A DNA stretch of 64,000 nt, from the NCBI GenBank assembly GCA_011109175.1, contig RDEW01000019.1, positions 158,172-222,171 of the forward strand. The letters run 5' to 3'. Positions 50,087 through 62,649 of the stretch are shown here, one piece after another (positions within the stretch are counted from its first letter, which is position 1; every line of letters starts with the position of its first letter). Under the pieces are notes generated by a model. The model was not told the origin of the DNA, ran no database searches, and worked only from the letters and a program-made list of their open reading frames with translations. Origin of the DNA: Dicyema japonicum. Its lineage: Eukaryota > Animalia > Dicyemida. Made by a program: the position numbers and the translations under genes.

Positions 50087-50450
50087 CCACTTTATTTAAC
50101 CAACAATAAAAAAATAATATTTAATAACCAACATCCTTCCTCGCCTGCCTGTTCGCCAACCTCCTCAGGAAGGTTCAATTCTGGTTGCTGAAACAACTCC
50201 GAGAGCGCCTTGTCCAATTGAACCCTCTGCACAGATGGCATCTCCGGGCTCTGCCTCGTATACTCCAGTGTCAGGCTCTCTAGGGTCCGCTTTAATACAG
50301 TGGACTGTAGATAGGCCTGGAGCTTCCTATCTACCCCCAACTGCTTCGGATAACCATTGTGGTACTTTGTTGTAATTCCTTTCCACGTCATTACTATTGG
50401 AATAACGATGACCTTGCAACCAAGCATCTGCCCCATCTTGGTGCAAGCAA
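50087..50450 (-). mobile_element. R4/Dong-like LINE 3' stub
   Basis: GQMLGCKVIVIPIVMTWKGITTKYH...LQSTVLKRTLESL. Confidence 0.8.
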
Positions 50451-50499
50451 GTCATACTTCCTTTTTTTCTCAAACCTCCACAGTTTGCAAACGGTCTTA

Positions 50500-52080
50500 A
50501 GATGTAATGCCACCCTCCATGATAAGGACGCGAGTGCATACACCTCCGGAGAAGACCTTTCCCAGTTGGATCCAGATTCGCTCCTCAAACTTATCAATAA
50601 ACGTCGTTCATCGAAGAGTATCCCGGTGAAGATCCCAAAAGCAACACGCCCTCTGCTGCCGAAGCCAAAGCAATCGACGATGCTCTCCGCTCCGACTCTA
50701 TAAACGACTTAATTTTGCTCCTTTCGCACTTGGCTCCCCCGAGATTGCAATGGGAACGAGTCTATTTCAATCTAAATGAAAAACAACATCCGCGCTTTTA
50801 TGGATGGAACTCACTTTACGGACCTCCCGTCCTTTTGCATCCGTTCAACTGAGAATTAAAGTTCAACTTGGGAAACTGAGATTTTTCGTTTTAGAAGGAC
50901 CGTACGATCGAAGTTGCCTCAAAAAGGAACCCGATCCCCATTGAAGGCCCTCTCACTCTCGGGCGGACCACGCAATCCAACCGTTGATACTTACAAAATT
51001 CTATTGGAGAAGCATCCACCCTCTCCGAATGACCTACGCAACTGTTCACCCTTATCAAAAGTGACCCCTTTGACCACGTCGCTTGAGGATGTCATCACGG
51101 CGTTATAGAACTTTGCACCAAGTAGCAGTGGAGGTCTCGATGGCTTAAGGCCCGGCCATCTTAAAGACCTTATTTCACCGACTATTGGAGACCAAACATG
51201 TCGTCTCTCCTTCTCACTCACTTCTCTTAGGAACAGGATAATATCTGGATACTTGCCTGATTTGATACGTCTATCTTGTTTTCGGCTAGTCTGATTGCAG
51301 TCGACAAAAAGGGAGGTGATATCTGCCCGATCGTGGTCGGATTCACCTTCAGGAAACTAGCATCCAAGATTGCTTCCAGATTTTCTACGTCAATCTTGTC
51401 AAAATCCTTACTTCCCAGTCAATTCGTCTTGGGTGTGAGGCAGTCGTTCACTCCGTCAGGACATTCTAGGAACCGCAGCATTCAAAACTTTAAAAGGCAC
51501 ATTATGGTAAAGCTGGACATCAAGAACGCTTTTAACAGTTTAAGAAGAGACTGCATGCTGGAGGCCTGCAAAGAAAGATGTCCATACATATTTGAACTGG
51601 TCAATTATTCATACTAAAAGGTTGCGTCACTATTACATGGGGATTTCATGGTTCAATCGTCCTCAGGTGTTCAACAGGGCGATCCCCTCGTACCACTGCT
51701 GTTTTCCCTCGGAATTGAGAAAATTACGAAGAACTCTCGAGGCCTACTCAACATCTGGTACCTCGATGACGCTGTCCTAGGAGGTCCCCCGGAAACGGTC
51801 TTCCAAAAGTTAGAAGTACTCATCCCCGCATTGTCCGAGGTGGGTCTTGAATTGAATACAACGAAATGTGAAATAACAAACTGTGGTCTTGCTGACGATG
51901 ACTTCTCTTCAATTGTTCAAAATTATACTCCTTGTTTTTTGGGATTTCAACCCCTGAAAACGAATTGATTTTTCTTGGATCCCCGATCACTAAGAATGCG
52001 ATGAAGCATGAATTTTCTTGGATCCCCGATCACTAAGAATGCGATGAAGCAGTAAAAAAATATCACAAGATTGTGGAGTT
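50500..52080 (+). mobile_element. CRE-clade LINE, pre-RT and RT region, frameshifted
   Basis: LLEKHPP, GGLDGLRPGHLK, VKLDIKNAFNSL, GVQQGDPL, WYLDD. Confidence 0.8.
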
Positions 52081-52235
52081 TCTTAATTAACCTGGACAGG
52101 CTTAATGGCTGGATATTTTAAAAACCGGCTCGTGGTGAATGCAAAGAAGTCGTCTACGTCACTAATTACCTTTGGAAGAAAGACACCTTGAGTCACCTTG
52201 AAGTTAAACAAGGTCGGCATCCCTTTCAACAGATG

Positions 52236-53080
52236 TCAAAGGATCTTGGGTGTGACAATTGAAAAGTTTATCGGGAATATGGAAGAGTGGTACTCACCCA
52301 GTCTTGATGAACGTGTACAAACAGTACATCGAGCCATGTTTCTCATATCTATGCGACTCGTGAATTTACTGTCATCGGAGTCAATAAAATTTTCACTATG
52401 GTTCACCCAGCCATGACTTGCAAAATGCTTATTTGAAGTAGCACAAGCAGCCCATTGATCACTATAAATATTCGTTTCACTACCCACATTCTTTTTTTGG
52501 ATAGGTAGTAAAATTTCCCTCTTTCTATTTAATACATAAAAGAGTCTTGTCCTTCTGGTTCCACGTTGGATCATACCGAAGACCCAAGGGCTGTCAATAC
52601 TCTCTTCAAAGTTATTTCTTCGAGATTTTTTACCCGGGTCCTCATACCGAAGACCCAAGGGCTGTCGAGATTTTTTATCCGGGTCGCCATTAATGAGATC
52701 ACCTATCAGCATCCTTCTCTGGTGATTTTTCCTTCTCCCTCTCATTAGGATCTCATCAATTTCTACAGCTGTTTCATGTCCTTTAGTCTTATCCCTTGAG
52801 TTTAAAAAATCAGATTTCGTTTCGTGTACGAAGTTTGACCAGTTTATAACTTTGTGGTTACTATTGATCCCCGTCTGAAGTATTTTGTATTTCCTTGTAT
52901 ATTTTTTCCGTATTTTTAAATTTCCTTCAAATTTCAAAAATTTTTCTAATGAGAGATCCGGTAATAAGCCCTATCCTTCTAGCATGTCCAGTGTATTACA
53001 ACAAGAACCAAAGTTGACATAAAACTCTTCAGGTAACTAAAAAATTATTTTTTATGGGGGTTCTATAATTGCTTAGGGAG
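52236..53080 (-). mobile_element. Merlin (IS1595/ISXO2-like) transposase, degraded
   Basis: VEIDE...RGRRK...WVFGMIQRG...IYSDQW...VNHSENFID; TIRs not located. Confidence 0.75.
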
Positions 53081-53719
53081 TTCTATACTGCAACAGTACT
53101 CAGTTTTTTGTCCCTTGCAAAGCCAATCACGTTTTTAGACAAGATTTAAAAATTTCGATTTTCATCCGAAAATAAAGCACCGATGTCAAGGTCTCCCATA
53201 TATGTAAGTCTGGGGTAAATAAATAAATAATAAATTTTAAACAATAACCTTCTTAATTTCCTCTGGTAATGTTTTGGAAGAGAATATGAGGATTAACTCT
53301 TGACGTGAGGACAAATCCTGACAGATAGTAAAGCAAGAAACTGACACGTGACTCCCATCGTCGAATTAATCTCCAAAATCGTATTTTAACTATAGTATAA
53401 AAATCAAAATTTCGACCTCTTCTATATAGAATCCGCCCACGTGGTCCCTTGATTTACGGCGATGAATTTATCGGTTCCAATAAATTAATATTAGTCCTAA
53501 AATCAAAAATGAAAAAAAAAATTATTTTTTTGTCAGATATAGAATTCTAGATGTATTCCTTCTATATATTCTCCCCTCAGTTTGTATATGTTATCTTCTC
53601 TTTTAACTACGCAGTATTGATCATAACCCAGTTATTGTATAATGGATATCGGGGGATATTTTGATCATTTTTTTGTCTAAAAATTAGTATTTGTACCTTA
53701 AAATCACTTTATCTCCGAT

Positions 53720-54780
53720 ATCATGACTGAGTCGTCAAATTACCAATTTTGGCGAGAGTTTAAGCTTTCCAGGGATTTTTGGTAAATTTTCCAAGTAAAA
53801 TTTTCCTTGACAAAAAGTCAAAAGCTTTTGGATCTCAGTGGAGCAAAGTACAGTCTTCATGTGCCTGTTCGTAAAACCATATCGCATAAAGCTGGTAAAT
53901 GCAGATAAATGTGTCGAGGTAGACCTCTCCTCTTAAAAACCATTTTGAAATGACAAACCTGGAAGATAATTTTTGATTTTCGCAAGAAACAGGCTTTCCA
54001 GAATTTTCGACAACGAACACAATAACACTACCGATCTGTATGAAGCCTGGGTACTTCTTCACTTTTCCGAATTTCAAATAGGACGTAGCTGGGCAAGCTT
54101 CCATATGGCTGGAAAATAATTTTTGTTAATAGAGTGGTGAATATCCTCGTTAATGCAGCGATTCCATAATCTCCAAGATTCTTTAGGAGGATCATTGGTT
54201 CTCACCCGGTCCGTTAGAATACGTTGTTTTAAATGGAATTCAATACATTTCTCACGTCGCTTTCAGTGAAGAATATCATATCCGGTTTTTTTCGGTTTAC
54301 TGAGATATATTGGGGGTACATCCGACTTCTTATGGTTCTTATAGAATATTTTTACAACATTTCATTAGGTTGTTCAAATCATTTGGCTGTGATTCACCTC
54401 AGATGATCTTTCATCCTCTCTTGAGACGTCTCGTATAGTTTTACAGACTTCAGCAGTGGGTCTATTTCCATTCAAAGAAGATAACATATGTTTCCATCTC
54501 TATTTTTGTGCTTTGACCTCCCTGTTTTTTAGTTCATTGTTCGAATCCTTCAGTCTAACCTTATCCTCAGTAATTAATCGAACAGACTTTTCGAATTCGT
54601 TTTTTTCCATGATAAATGCCGACCTTCCATATCCCCTAGTGTAGTTATGGTGGTGTTTAGGTACAGATAGTGATCTCGTATCCATGATAGTTCGGTTTAC
54701 ATAAGCGATTACTTTGTCCATGGAAGTAATCCAGGTAAGGGTACTGTAGTAGGTTGTCAGTAAGTGTATGGTAAAGTCTC
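53720..54780 (-). mobile_element. Jockey-like LINE (endonuclease to RT), degraded
   Basis: ASYRSVVLLCSLSKILESLFL...FQNGF*EERSTST motifs across stops. Confidence 0.5.
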
Positions 54781-54827
54781 CGTCTGCACGTTAATTAATT
54801 TTATTGATTATTAAAATTTTAGATATA

Positions 54828-56424
54828 CAGTCAAACCCCTTTAAACCGATTCCTCTCGGGACCGACAGAATTGTCCGGTATAGAGGGGAGGCCGGTATAT
54901 TGAACAAGTCATTAAATTTACTTATAACGAAAAAGTGAAACAGTAAAGTTAATAAGAAATCTGTCAAAAAGGATTGCCTCGTATTTAGCTTAGATTCAGC
55001 AATCGCTTTATTGTTCAGATAGATCAGTCTGTTGACGGGATCGAGTAATACAGGGTCTTGAGTGCAAACAAAGCGGCAGATTTAGTCTAGTATTTGTTGA
55101 ACATTTGTGCGTGTTAATTTCTCCATATGTTTTGGGTTTGTTTGCTTATCAGAATTTGAGTCTCTGTCATTATCTTTAGAAGCTGTGACTGTTTGGTATT
55201 ACTCAACTAGGGATGATTCCCAATCTTTGGAATTTTCAGCGGGTATTTCCAAGTCCAAGTTGACAAATTTGTCTTCTGTAATTGGATTATCGACTAGTCT
55301 ATTCAGGTAACTCATTCAGATTAATATTCTTTAAACATCGGGGTTTTCGAGACTTGCCAATTACAATTGGTTTAGCTTTTTTCCTGTCGAACTGCATGCA
55401 GTCATTACAGTAAGACGTTCCTTTGACTTCTTTGATCCACTGTGATGATTACCTCTTAGTGATAGTGTTTTATCAGGAAGGGCACGATAGAATAGTCCGG
55501 TTTCGTCGCAGTTAAATATATCCTCTGGTGGATATCCCTCACTTAGAAAAGGTACACGTTCCACCCAGTCAGAAACAACATCACTGTCAACATTTGCTAT
55601 TTCACCTCTGATACAGTACGACTGGATTGAGTAACGAGACTTCCACCTGCATAACAAGCCAGTGGAAGCTTTACAATCATTTTCGCCCAGTGCTTTAGCA
55701 AACTGTAGCTTTTGCGATAATAATTGGTCCTGACAAACAAAAGTTTTTGGAACGTGCTATCTGGAACCACTCCCAAGTGATTTTATTCAAATTTGTAGTT
55801 GTTGTCAAAACGTTTTTAGCAAAATTTGCGTTGTTATTGAATAATTCAAAATAAATATCAGCCTTTTTAAGCATGTCTGATACAGTGCTGCATCCAACTT
55901 TATACTTCTTGCTGAGAAATTTTTGTGTCGGCTTATGTGTTTGGTTCGATTCATTTATTATTTGAATTTTCTTCTTTAAAGACAATTCGCAACGTAATTG
56001 TTTTCTTTACGGAGCTATCATCTTTTAGTTTTTGATTTTCTGTCGAGTTGTTCGCAATATATATTTCTATCGTTGTTCGCAATTCAAGGTTAAAGACAAT
56101 TAATAGGATTAGATCAAAGATTGATGTAAGAAGCCCGGTTTATGATAAAAGAAAATTAAAACTGGGACCACAAAATACGGCCGGTATTCGGAATAGAAGA
56201 GATCCGGTATATCAAAGATGAAATAGCAGTGATGGNCCTGTTTATGATAAAAGAAAATTCAAACTGGGACCAGAAAATACGGCCGGTGTTCGGAATAGAG
56301 GAGATCCGGTATATCAAAGATGAAATAGCAGTGATGGCATATGAGGTGAATCTGGACCAGAAGTTTAGTCTGGTTTTAAAGGAATTCAGGTATACCGAGG
56401 AGTCGGTTTAGAGAGGTTTGACTG
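54828..56424 (-). mobile_element. pogo/Tigger-like DNA transposon, disrupted transposase
   Basis: TIRs CAGTCAAACCCCTTTAAACCGATTCCT / AGGAGTCGGTTTAGAGAGGTTTGACTG; TA on the left flank only. MSLKKKIQII HTH region, IFNCDETGLFY, SKERLTV. Confidence 0.85.
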
Positions 56425-56825
56425 AATTCATATTTTTTTCCATTAACAATTAATTTATTAACGAATTAATTAACAGGTACTCCTCAAGGGAAGTACCCTT
56501 TGTTATTCCACGTGTACTTGGTGACGGCACTACGTACCTTCTATGAAAATGACATAGCTGAAACCAATAATGGTGACGACGTCGATTTCATGTCAACGGA
56601 TAAATCAGGTCTTCTTTGCACATCGGAAGTGGATCCTAGTGAACTTAGACAACAGTGGAAAGTAAAACTGCTTACTGTTATTATTTCGAAACCACAAAAA
56701 TATAAAAGTACCACATTATATTTAAAAATTATCTAGTGAACTTAGACAACAGTGGAAAGTAAAACTGCTTACTGTTATTAATTCGAAGCCACAAAAATAT
56801 AAAAGTACCACATTATATTTAAAAA

Positions 56826-57557
56826 TTATCTTAATAAATCATTATCTTCACTTTCAGGAAATCCTGAATTAAATGCTGAAGGATGAATCTGAAATCCGTA
56901 CAGTCTACATTCACAACAAAACTCACGTTGGTTTGAAGATCTTCTCCACTTTGTGTGGCTTTTTCTCTGGGTAAGTTAGGTAGATCATGTGCGGAAGTCC
57001 AGTCCCAAAATAGGCTCCATCGATTTTACGGTGCTTTTCTGATTTTGGGGTGTAAATGTCCTCACATTTTGGACAGTACAACTTCACGAAGGCAGTCCTC
57101 GGAACATCAGAGATACCTAGCAACTACAAAAAAACATCTGACCCACTGGAAGGAGGTTCTGTTGGTCACAATAATATCGTGGACACATACCAAAGACTCC
57201 GCTCAAACATTTATCGATCTTTTTTTAGGCAAAGAATTTCAACCATTTTTCCCATCCCACGTGCAGTGAGGACATAGCGGGCATGCATCAAACCATATAG
57301 TTCCTCTGCGTAACCTTCGATGGTAGCATCATCTGTTATTTCATTGCAGGAAAAGTCATCATCATAGTTGAGAATGAGTCTGAGTGCGTGAGTATAGCTA
57401 GGTATTTGACTGGATAATCCTGTACTGTTAAATCGATCACTGAGATATTCTGGGTCGATCTAGGGGTGTAAGAGTTATTGTTTACTTCACAAAAGTATTC
57501 GTTTCCTGTTTGTGTGCAAAAAGATTTAATCCAAGATACCTGGTCAGAACTGGTCAT
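56826..57557 (-). CDS. CSNK2B: Casein kinase II regulatory subunit beta, 5 exons
   Basis: Introns 57460-57485 (26 nt), 57219-57243 (25), 57117-57142 (26), 56905-56926 (22). Product MTSSDQVSWIKSFC..NEYFCE|IDPEYLSDRFN..LYGLMHARYVLT..M|IDK..FGMCPRYYC..LLPVG|ISD..KLYCPKC..DGAYFGTGLPHM..KPT|LYGFQIHP. Confidence 0.97.
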
Positions 57558-57895
57558 TGCCGGTCCACAACAAGCAGAAACGCTAGTTTAATTATTTTTG
57601 AAATTTAATTTGATGTTTTAGTTTTTAAAATTTTCTAATTATTTTTAATAATTAATTGTATGTACTTTTAATTGAACGAGTCTTAGACCCAACCTAAGCC
57701 GCGTAGTGAGTAAAACCGGAGCCTTTCTACCCTCCAATAATGTTAGAAACCCCCGCCTAACCCGGTAATGCGTTGGAACCCTAGAAGAACACCGAGCAAG
57801 AATGAGATTGCTACTCGAGGCGGCCGGAATCACCTGACGGCTATGTAGTTTTTTAATTTGTCGATGATTTTTGGTTTTTAATAATAATAACCTAA

Positions 57896-58075
57896 GCCAC
57901 GTGGCGCCATGTAGAGCTGCGTGGTTAATTTGTTGAAGTTTCTATTAGAGTGGCGTCATGTGATCCACCTGTCAAGGTGGCGCCAGGCCGGCACAAAAAA
58001 GGATCATTTTCTCTCCCCCACTCCACTGGAGGGGTTTCCACAACTGCATGTAATGGACGTCCTACTTTTTATGCA
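57896..58075 (+). repeat. Repeat family A copy
   Basis: GCCACGTGGCGCCATGT head; core nearly identical to the reverse complement of 2500-2620. Confidence 0.72.
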
Positions 58076-58239
58076 GGTAATGGTTTTACACCGAGAGTGC
58101 GTACCTAATACCAAAAAAATATTGCGAATCTCCGAAAGATTTACGACAATCACTTGTATTCCCATCTTATATAAATTGACAACAAAATGTTTTTACAGGA
58201 AATTGAGTGATTTCTTTGAAGCATACTAACTTATTTTGG

Positions 58240-58560
58240 ATGTAAACTTGGAACGAGAATGATGTGTCAGGGCGCTAAGGAACGGTCCCTGAGCAATCAA
58301 TGTAGTCATCAAAAATGGCTTATATTCAACTTGGATTAATTAAAGAAAAGCGTTCGACTTGGTGGATCACTCATTTTTATTTCAAATGTTCTGGATCCTT
58401 GGAATGTTAATTTGAGAAAAACAGTGACAAGACAGCTACTAATCTAGAATGCTTATCAAAGGAAGTCTAGTATTTGGATCGAACAGAGGAATATCGATAT
58501 CCTGGAGTGTTAGAAGATGAATTGAGTGACACTAAAGCAGGAAATTTTACAAAAAATCTG
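58240..58560 (+). mobile_element. R4-like RT remnant
   Basis: YSTWI..KAFDLVDH and YRYPGVLED-like motifs, broken. Confidence 0.4.
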
Positions 58561-58803
58561 ACTTATCAACATTGAACTATATTAGTTTGAAGATATCGAT
58601 GTTCATTGTATTCTCTCTATGGTACACTGCATATGAATTCCGATTCAACATCTCAAAAGTGAATGCATGCTATTTTAATTCCTCCGTGAATTTGAAAGAA
58701 AATCTACTACGTATCCCAGGAAAGCGAGTATATCCACGATTATGAGATTCATACACGGAAATTCGTAAACCACACAGTTGTGGAAATTGATAATTAAAAA
58801 ATG

Positions 58804-60167
58804 TCAGGTAATATTTTGCAGTAAAACTTCTTCAATGGCACCATGATTGTGCTGCAGTAAATGAACAGATTTGATGGTCACAACAAGATAGTACAAGACC
58901 ACGTCAAATTTAGGAATAATTGGAAAAATATTTAGTACGGGGGACGAAAATCTATGTTTAAATAGCACACGTGCTCTTGGGGCAATATAACACTTTTCCT
59001 TGCCGGAATTGCTTATAATTTGAGTCTTGAAAGCCGCCTCTCTGGGGGACGATATCTTGTAAGACGTTCGATGGCTGGAAGGATAGGTCTCTTCTATTTT
59101 GAATATTATGAGCTCCTGAAATTAAAATAACCGAGACATTAGAAAATGTCGTAATCATAATTTCGTCCTCCCCATCAAAGTCGACATCACTGATGCAGAC
59201 TGAGGTCACTAAACCATTACTGCCAGCTAGCACATCTCTCATAATCGCCCCCTCCTCTGTCACGTTGCTAACAAAATGTTATACTTGAGCGAACCTGAAT
59301 ACAATTGATGGTGAATTAGCACACGTGACCGCCACACAATAACAGGGGATCGATTTTTTCCCTTTAGTAAACAGGGCAATTTCAGTAATTGAGGAATTAA
59401 AGTTATAGGTGTAAGTTTGGGTGATTCTGCCTGTCTTGGAGCAATTATATCAAACCATTAATAAATGTGAAGACGTATATGCGACCTCCTTCGACAGCCA
59501 TGGCAGTAGTTCTGCTCCCGTTTGGTCCTTCGATGATTCGAGCATTCATTACTCTCAAATACGTTGAAAAATGAACTTTTCCCCAGGAAGATCAAACTCT
59601 GGGAACGTCTCTGAGGTATTAACCTCACAGAGACCATCCAATCTTATGATTTTTAACGATTCGCTGAAAATGAGGCCATAGTAAGTGTCGGAAGACCTAA
59701 AGAGTCAGATAAGAGTAAACTTCGCCATTAAAATTTCAGTTGGGGGTGATTTTAACTCAATTTGTTGGATTTCTTTAAGGTCACTGACCGATGAAACATT
59801 ACTAGACTGAAGGACATACAAAATGGTAGTATCGTCAGAGTCCTGCATTTAAAAGTAATAAGAGAACACGTGGCACTCCTGTGAGCATCAAGGACGACGT
59901 ATTTAGGTGCGTGAAGCAGTTAAGAGAATAGTAAATGTTAGAATCTGTCATGTGTGAGCATCATTTACCTGGTATTTTAAGGTGAGGACGGGTATTGCGG
60001 ATGATAACGTCATCGGCGACCTCCACCACAGTGAGAGCGTAGAGGGAAGAGTCGTATAACACCAACAAAGCAGTCTCACTAAAATTAGCGGGGAGAACGC
60101 AAAGGCAGTGTCTAGAAATGCGAGAAGTGAATTGAAGCGATGATATCTCATTTATTATTACTGACAT
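58804..60167 (-). CDS. KPTN: Kaptin (KICSTOR complex subunit), 8 exons
   Basis: Seven GT-AG introns (24, about 34, 24, 23, 25, 27, 22 nt) give one ORF with IELKSPPTEILMAK, ETFPEF, SVCISDVDFDGEDEIMITTFSN|ELIIFK, HRFSSPVL and TIKSVHLLQH. These match KPTN [51 protein letters not shown] and SLKGVHILQH. The second donor is uncertain. Confidence 0.86.
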
Positions 60168-60319
60168 TTAAATATTTTTTTAAATAAATTTTAAAATTTT
60201 CCATTTTTTATTTGAGTTTTATAGTGGAAACGCGGATCAAAAATATTGGAAACAATACTAAATAAGTTAACATAGCGAAAAACGAAAAAACTTGGCTTTT
60301 TACTTGAGACAGTCAAGAT

Positions 60320-60900
60320 ATTGCAAGAAGGAAGGCCCTCGCTTGGGTAACGATGAACAAGTTTAAGAAAGAGTGGATTGGCAAACGACGATCTTGCACA
60401 TCACTCCGTATGAGACTGTATGAAGCCTTTGTCAATCCGATCCTAATATACAATTCATCAATCTGGGGGACGTCCAAAACCGAAAAACTTGGACTAGACT
60501 CTTATTACCGAAGACAACTTAGATCCTTACTAGTACTGAATTGGCCAGCAAGAATAAACATGGAATCATTATATAAGAGATGTTGTAAGGGTCCACTGAG
60601 TCTTGAATTTGTTGATATGCGTTAGAGGCTATTTGGACATATCTTGCGTATGTACTTGGGTGCTCCAGTCAACATAGCACTATAAGGATTACTTCATGAG
60701 ACAGGGACCGTGTTTTCATGGACGCCGGCGTATTACACTACCAGAAAAACTTGACGGAAATTTAAAGCTGTGAACAAACGTCTAAGAAGTGGAGACGACC
60801 AGGACGAGCTGAGGAAACTCTCTTGCGATCGAGGAGGTTGGAAGAAGTTGGTTCGGAGGATTATTTCGAGTGCTGCACGAGTGAAATTATAACTATTATG
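60320..60900 (+). mobile_element. RTE LINE 3' fragment
   Basis: RLYEAFVNPILIYNSSIWG...RRQLRSLL...RLFGHILR. Confidence 0.8.
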
Positions 60901-62099
60901 ATTTTACGCATATTGCTTATAATAAATAAGTTAACAGAGGAATTGAGCGTTTGGTGACCACAAAACTAATTTAAATAAATCTTTTCAAGGCGATAAATGA
61001 GTATGTATTGATACCCCCTACTCCACGGAATGGGTTTAAACAACAGCTTATTAATATGGAACCATACGACTATGAATTGATTGATTAAGTAATTTGTTCA
61101 AAACTGACCAAATTGAGTACATCTTAAACCAGCAAATAAATAAAGGATATATCTTCCTCGTGATGAGGTCTGCTTTTCCTCTCTTTTATGAGCGAGAAAA
61201 TGCTCTTGGGACTTATTATTACTTAAAGGGTATGACTGTGGAATGTAGCAGGAGTGTCGCATTTCTTCAGGCCGAAATTTCAAAGAAAATCCATCAGGTT
61301 ACAATTGAAGAATATTTGCGATATAAAATTGTTTTTCAGTTTTGAATTAAATTTTAAGACGTTCTGTGAATTACAACTTTAAAGCATCCTCTCTGTCCTT
61401 TAGAAAAATTTGGCAGAGGGATGTATGAATATTGTATCATTGGCTTTTAAATGGAAATAATTCTCCACGCTCTGAAGCCTTATATTGCCTAATTCAGGGC
61501 AGAAATTTGTTCTTCGCAAAACGTAATGCGGTCAGTAGTGAATACAAACCAGATCTATTAACAAGTCTTTTTTCCTTGTTGAAGTGGGAGTAACTTTGTC
61601 AGAGAATTTACAAATTGAATGAGAAATTGAGACAATATGACATTTTATCTAAAGAATTAGAATTAGTCCACCATGAAAAGGTAAAGGTTGTCCCAATAGT
61701 CCTCACTTGGAATGCTCTGATGACATCTTAAATAGGCTGCCTCATTGAACGTAAGCGAGAGGACAGATGCTTATACAATCATTAAAGAAGACCTTGAAGG
61801 GTATGATTAGACAACGAACCAGTCCTTGGGATCACAATTTTCGAATCAACAAATTGGTTGAAGACATTTATTACCACTCTGATTTGCATGAGACCCTTCC
61901 TGTTTCCCCATCCACACTTGACAAAGACGCAAGTATGTACACAAACGTAAAGCTGTCGGTCCTGAAAGGACGGTGGAAGATGTTCTTGAGTTCAATGATC
62001 TTAATCAAATGAGAAGAGGGTTAGGTGGATATCTTGTTTACTAATGGTTTATTCAGACCTGACAAAGTATCTTAAATTCATCTAAAATACCAATAAGCC

Positions 62100-62560
62100 A
62101 CCATGCCATAGGCCTACCTCACAAAAAATATTTAATCCGTCTATAAGCTACAATATTATCCCCACGATTTGGAAAAACTCGCTCGGCTGGAAACCCGAAG
62201 GGAGAACCTACTGCATACAAACCCATCTCTCTAACCTGCACGCTATCAAAAATTCTTGGAAAACTTGTACTCTCGGCCATTACTCCGTATCTTCCTCAAC
62301 CTGGATCCAACACAGTTTGCATCCTGGAAGATCTACTATTAAGCAGTTAACTACATCAATTTCTTGCTAACGGTTTTAAAGCTACTCCACATCACATTTG
62401 TACGACGATGGTCTCCATTGACATTAACAGGTCATTCGATACAATTCCTAGAAAACTTCTCATTCCGAAGATTTTTGCTTAATTAAGTTATGTTAATTAT
62501 ATTTCGGAGTTTGTTAGAAAGCATATATTTTGTCCTCCCCCGTGGTCTGGACATTTCTCC
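62100..62560 (+). mobile_element. Jockey-like RT fragment
   Basis: AYKPISLTCTLSKIL...GRSTIKQL...SIDINRSFDTIP. Confidence 0.55.
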
Positions 62561-62649
62561 AGTTCCCCGATAAGCAGGAAGGTATCCTTGTTGACTCGTA
62601 ATTTGTGTGTGCGTAAGAGGGCCTGGAGGGCTCTTTTCCTTCTTATTTA

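Noticed and set aside
56135-56340. Tandem duplication of about 105 bp inside the Tigger end
   Set aside because: The copies are joined at the single N (56236), so it is probably a scaffolding overlap artefact. The nearby 56636-56830 and 51965-52050 duplications may also be artefacts.
57690-57850. RNase MRP/P-like ncRNA (GAAAGGCTCCGG on minus) upstream of CK2-beta
   Set aside because: The putative CR-I and CR-V motifs are only about 10 nt apart and the rest of the fold is not evident; left unannotated.
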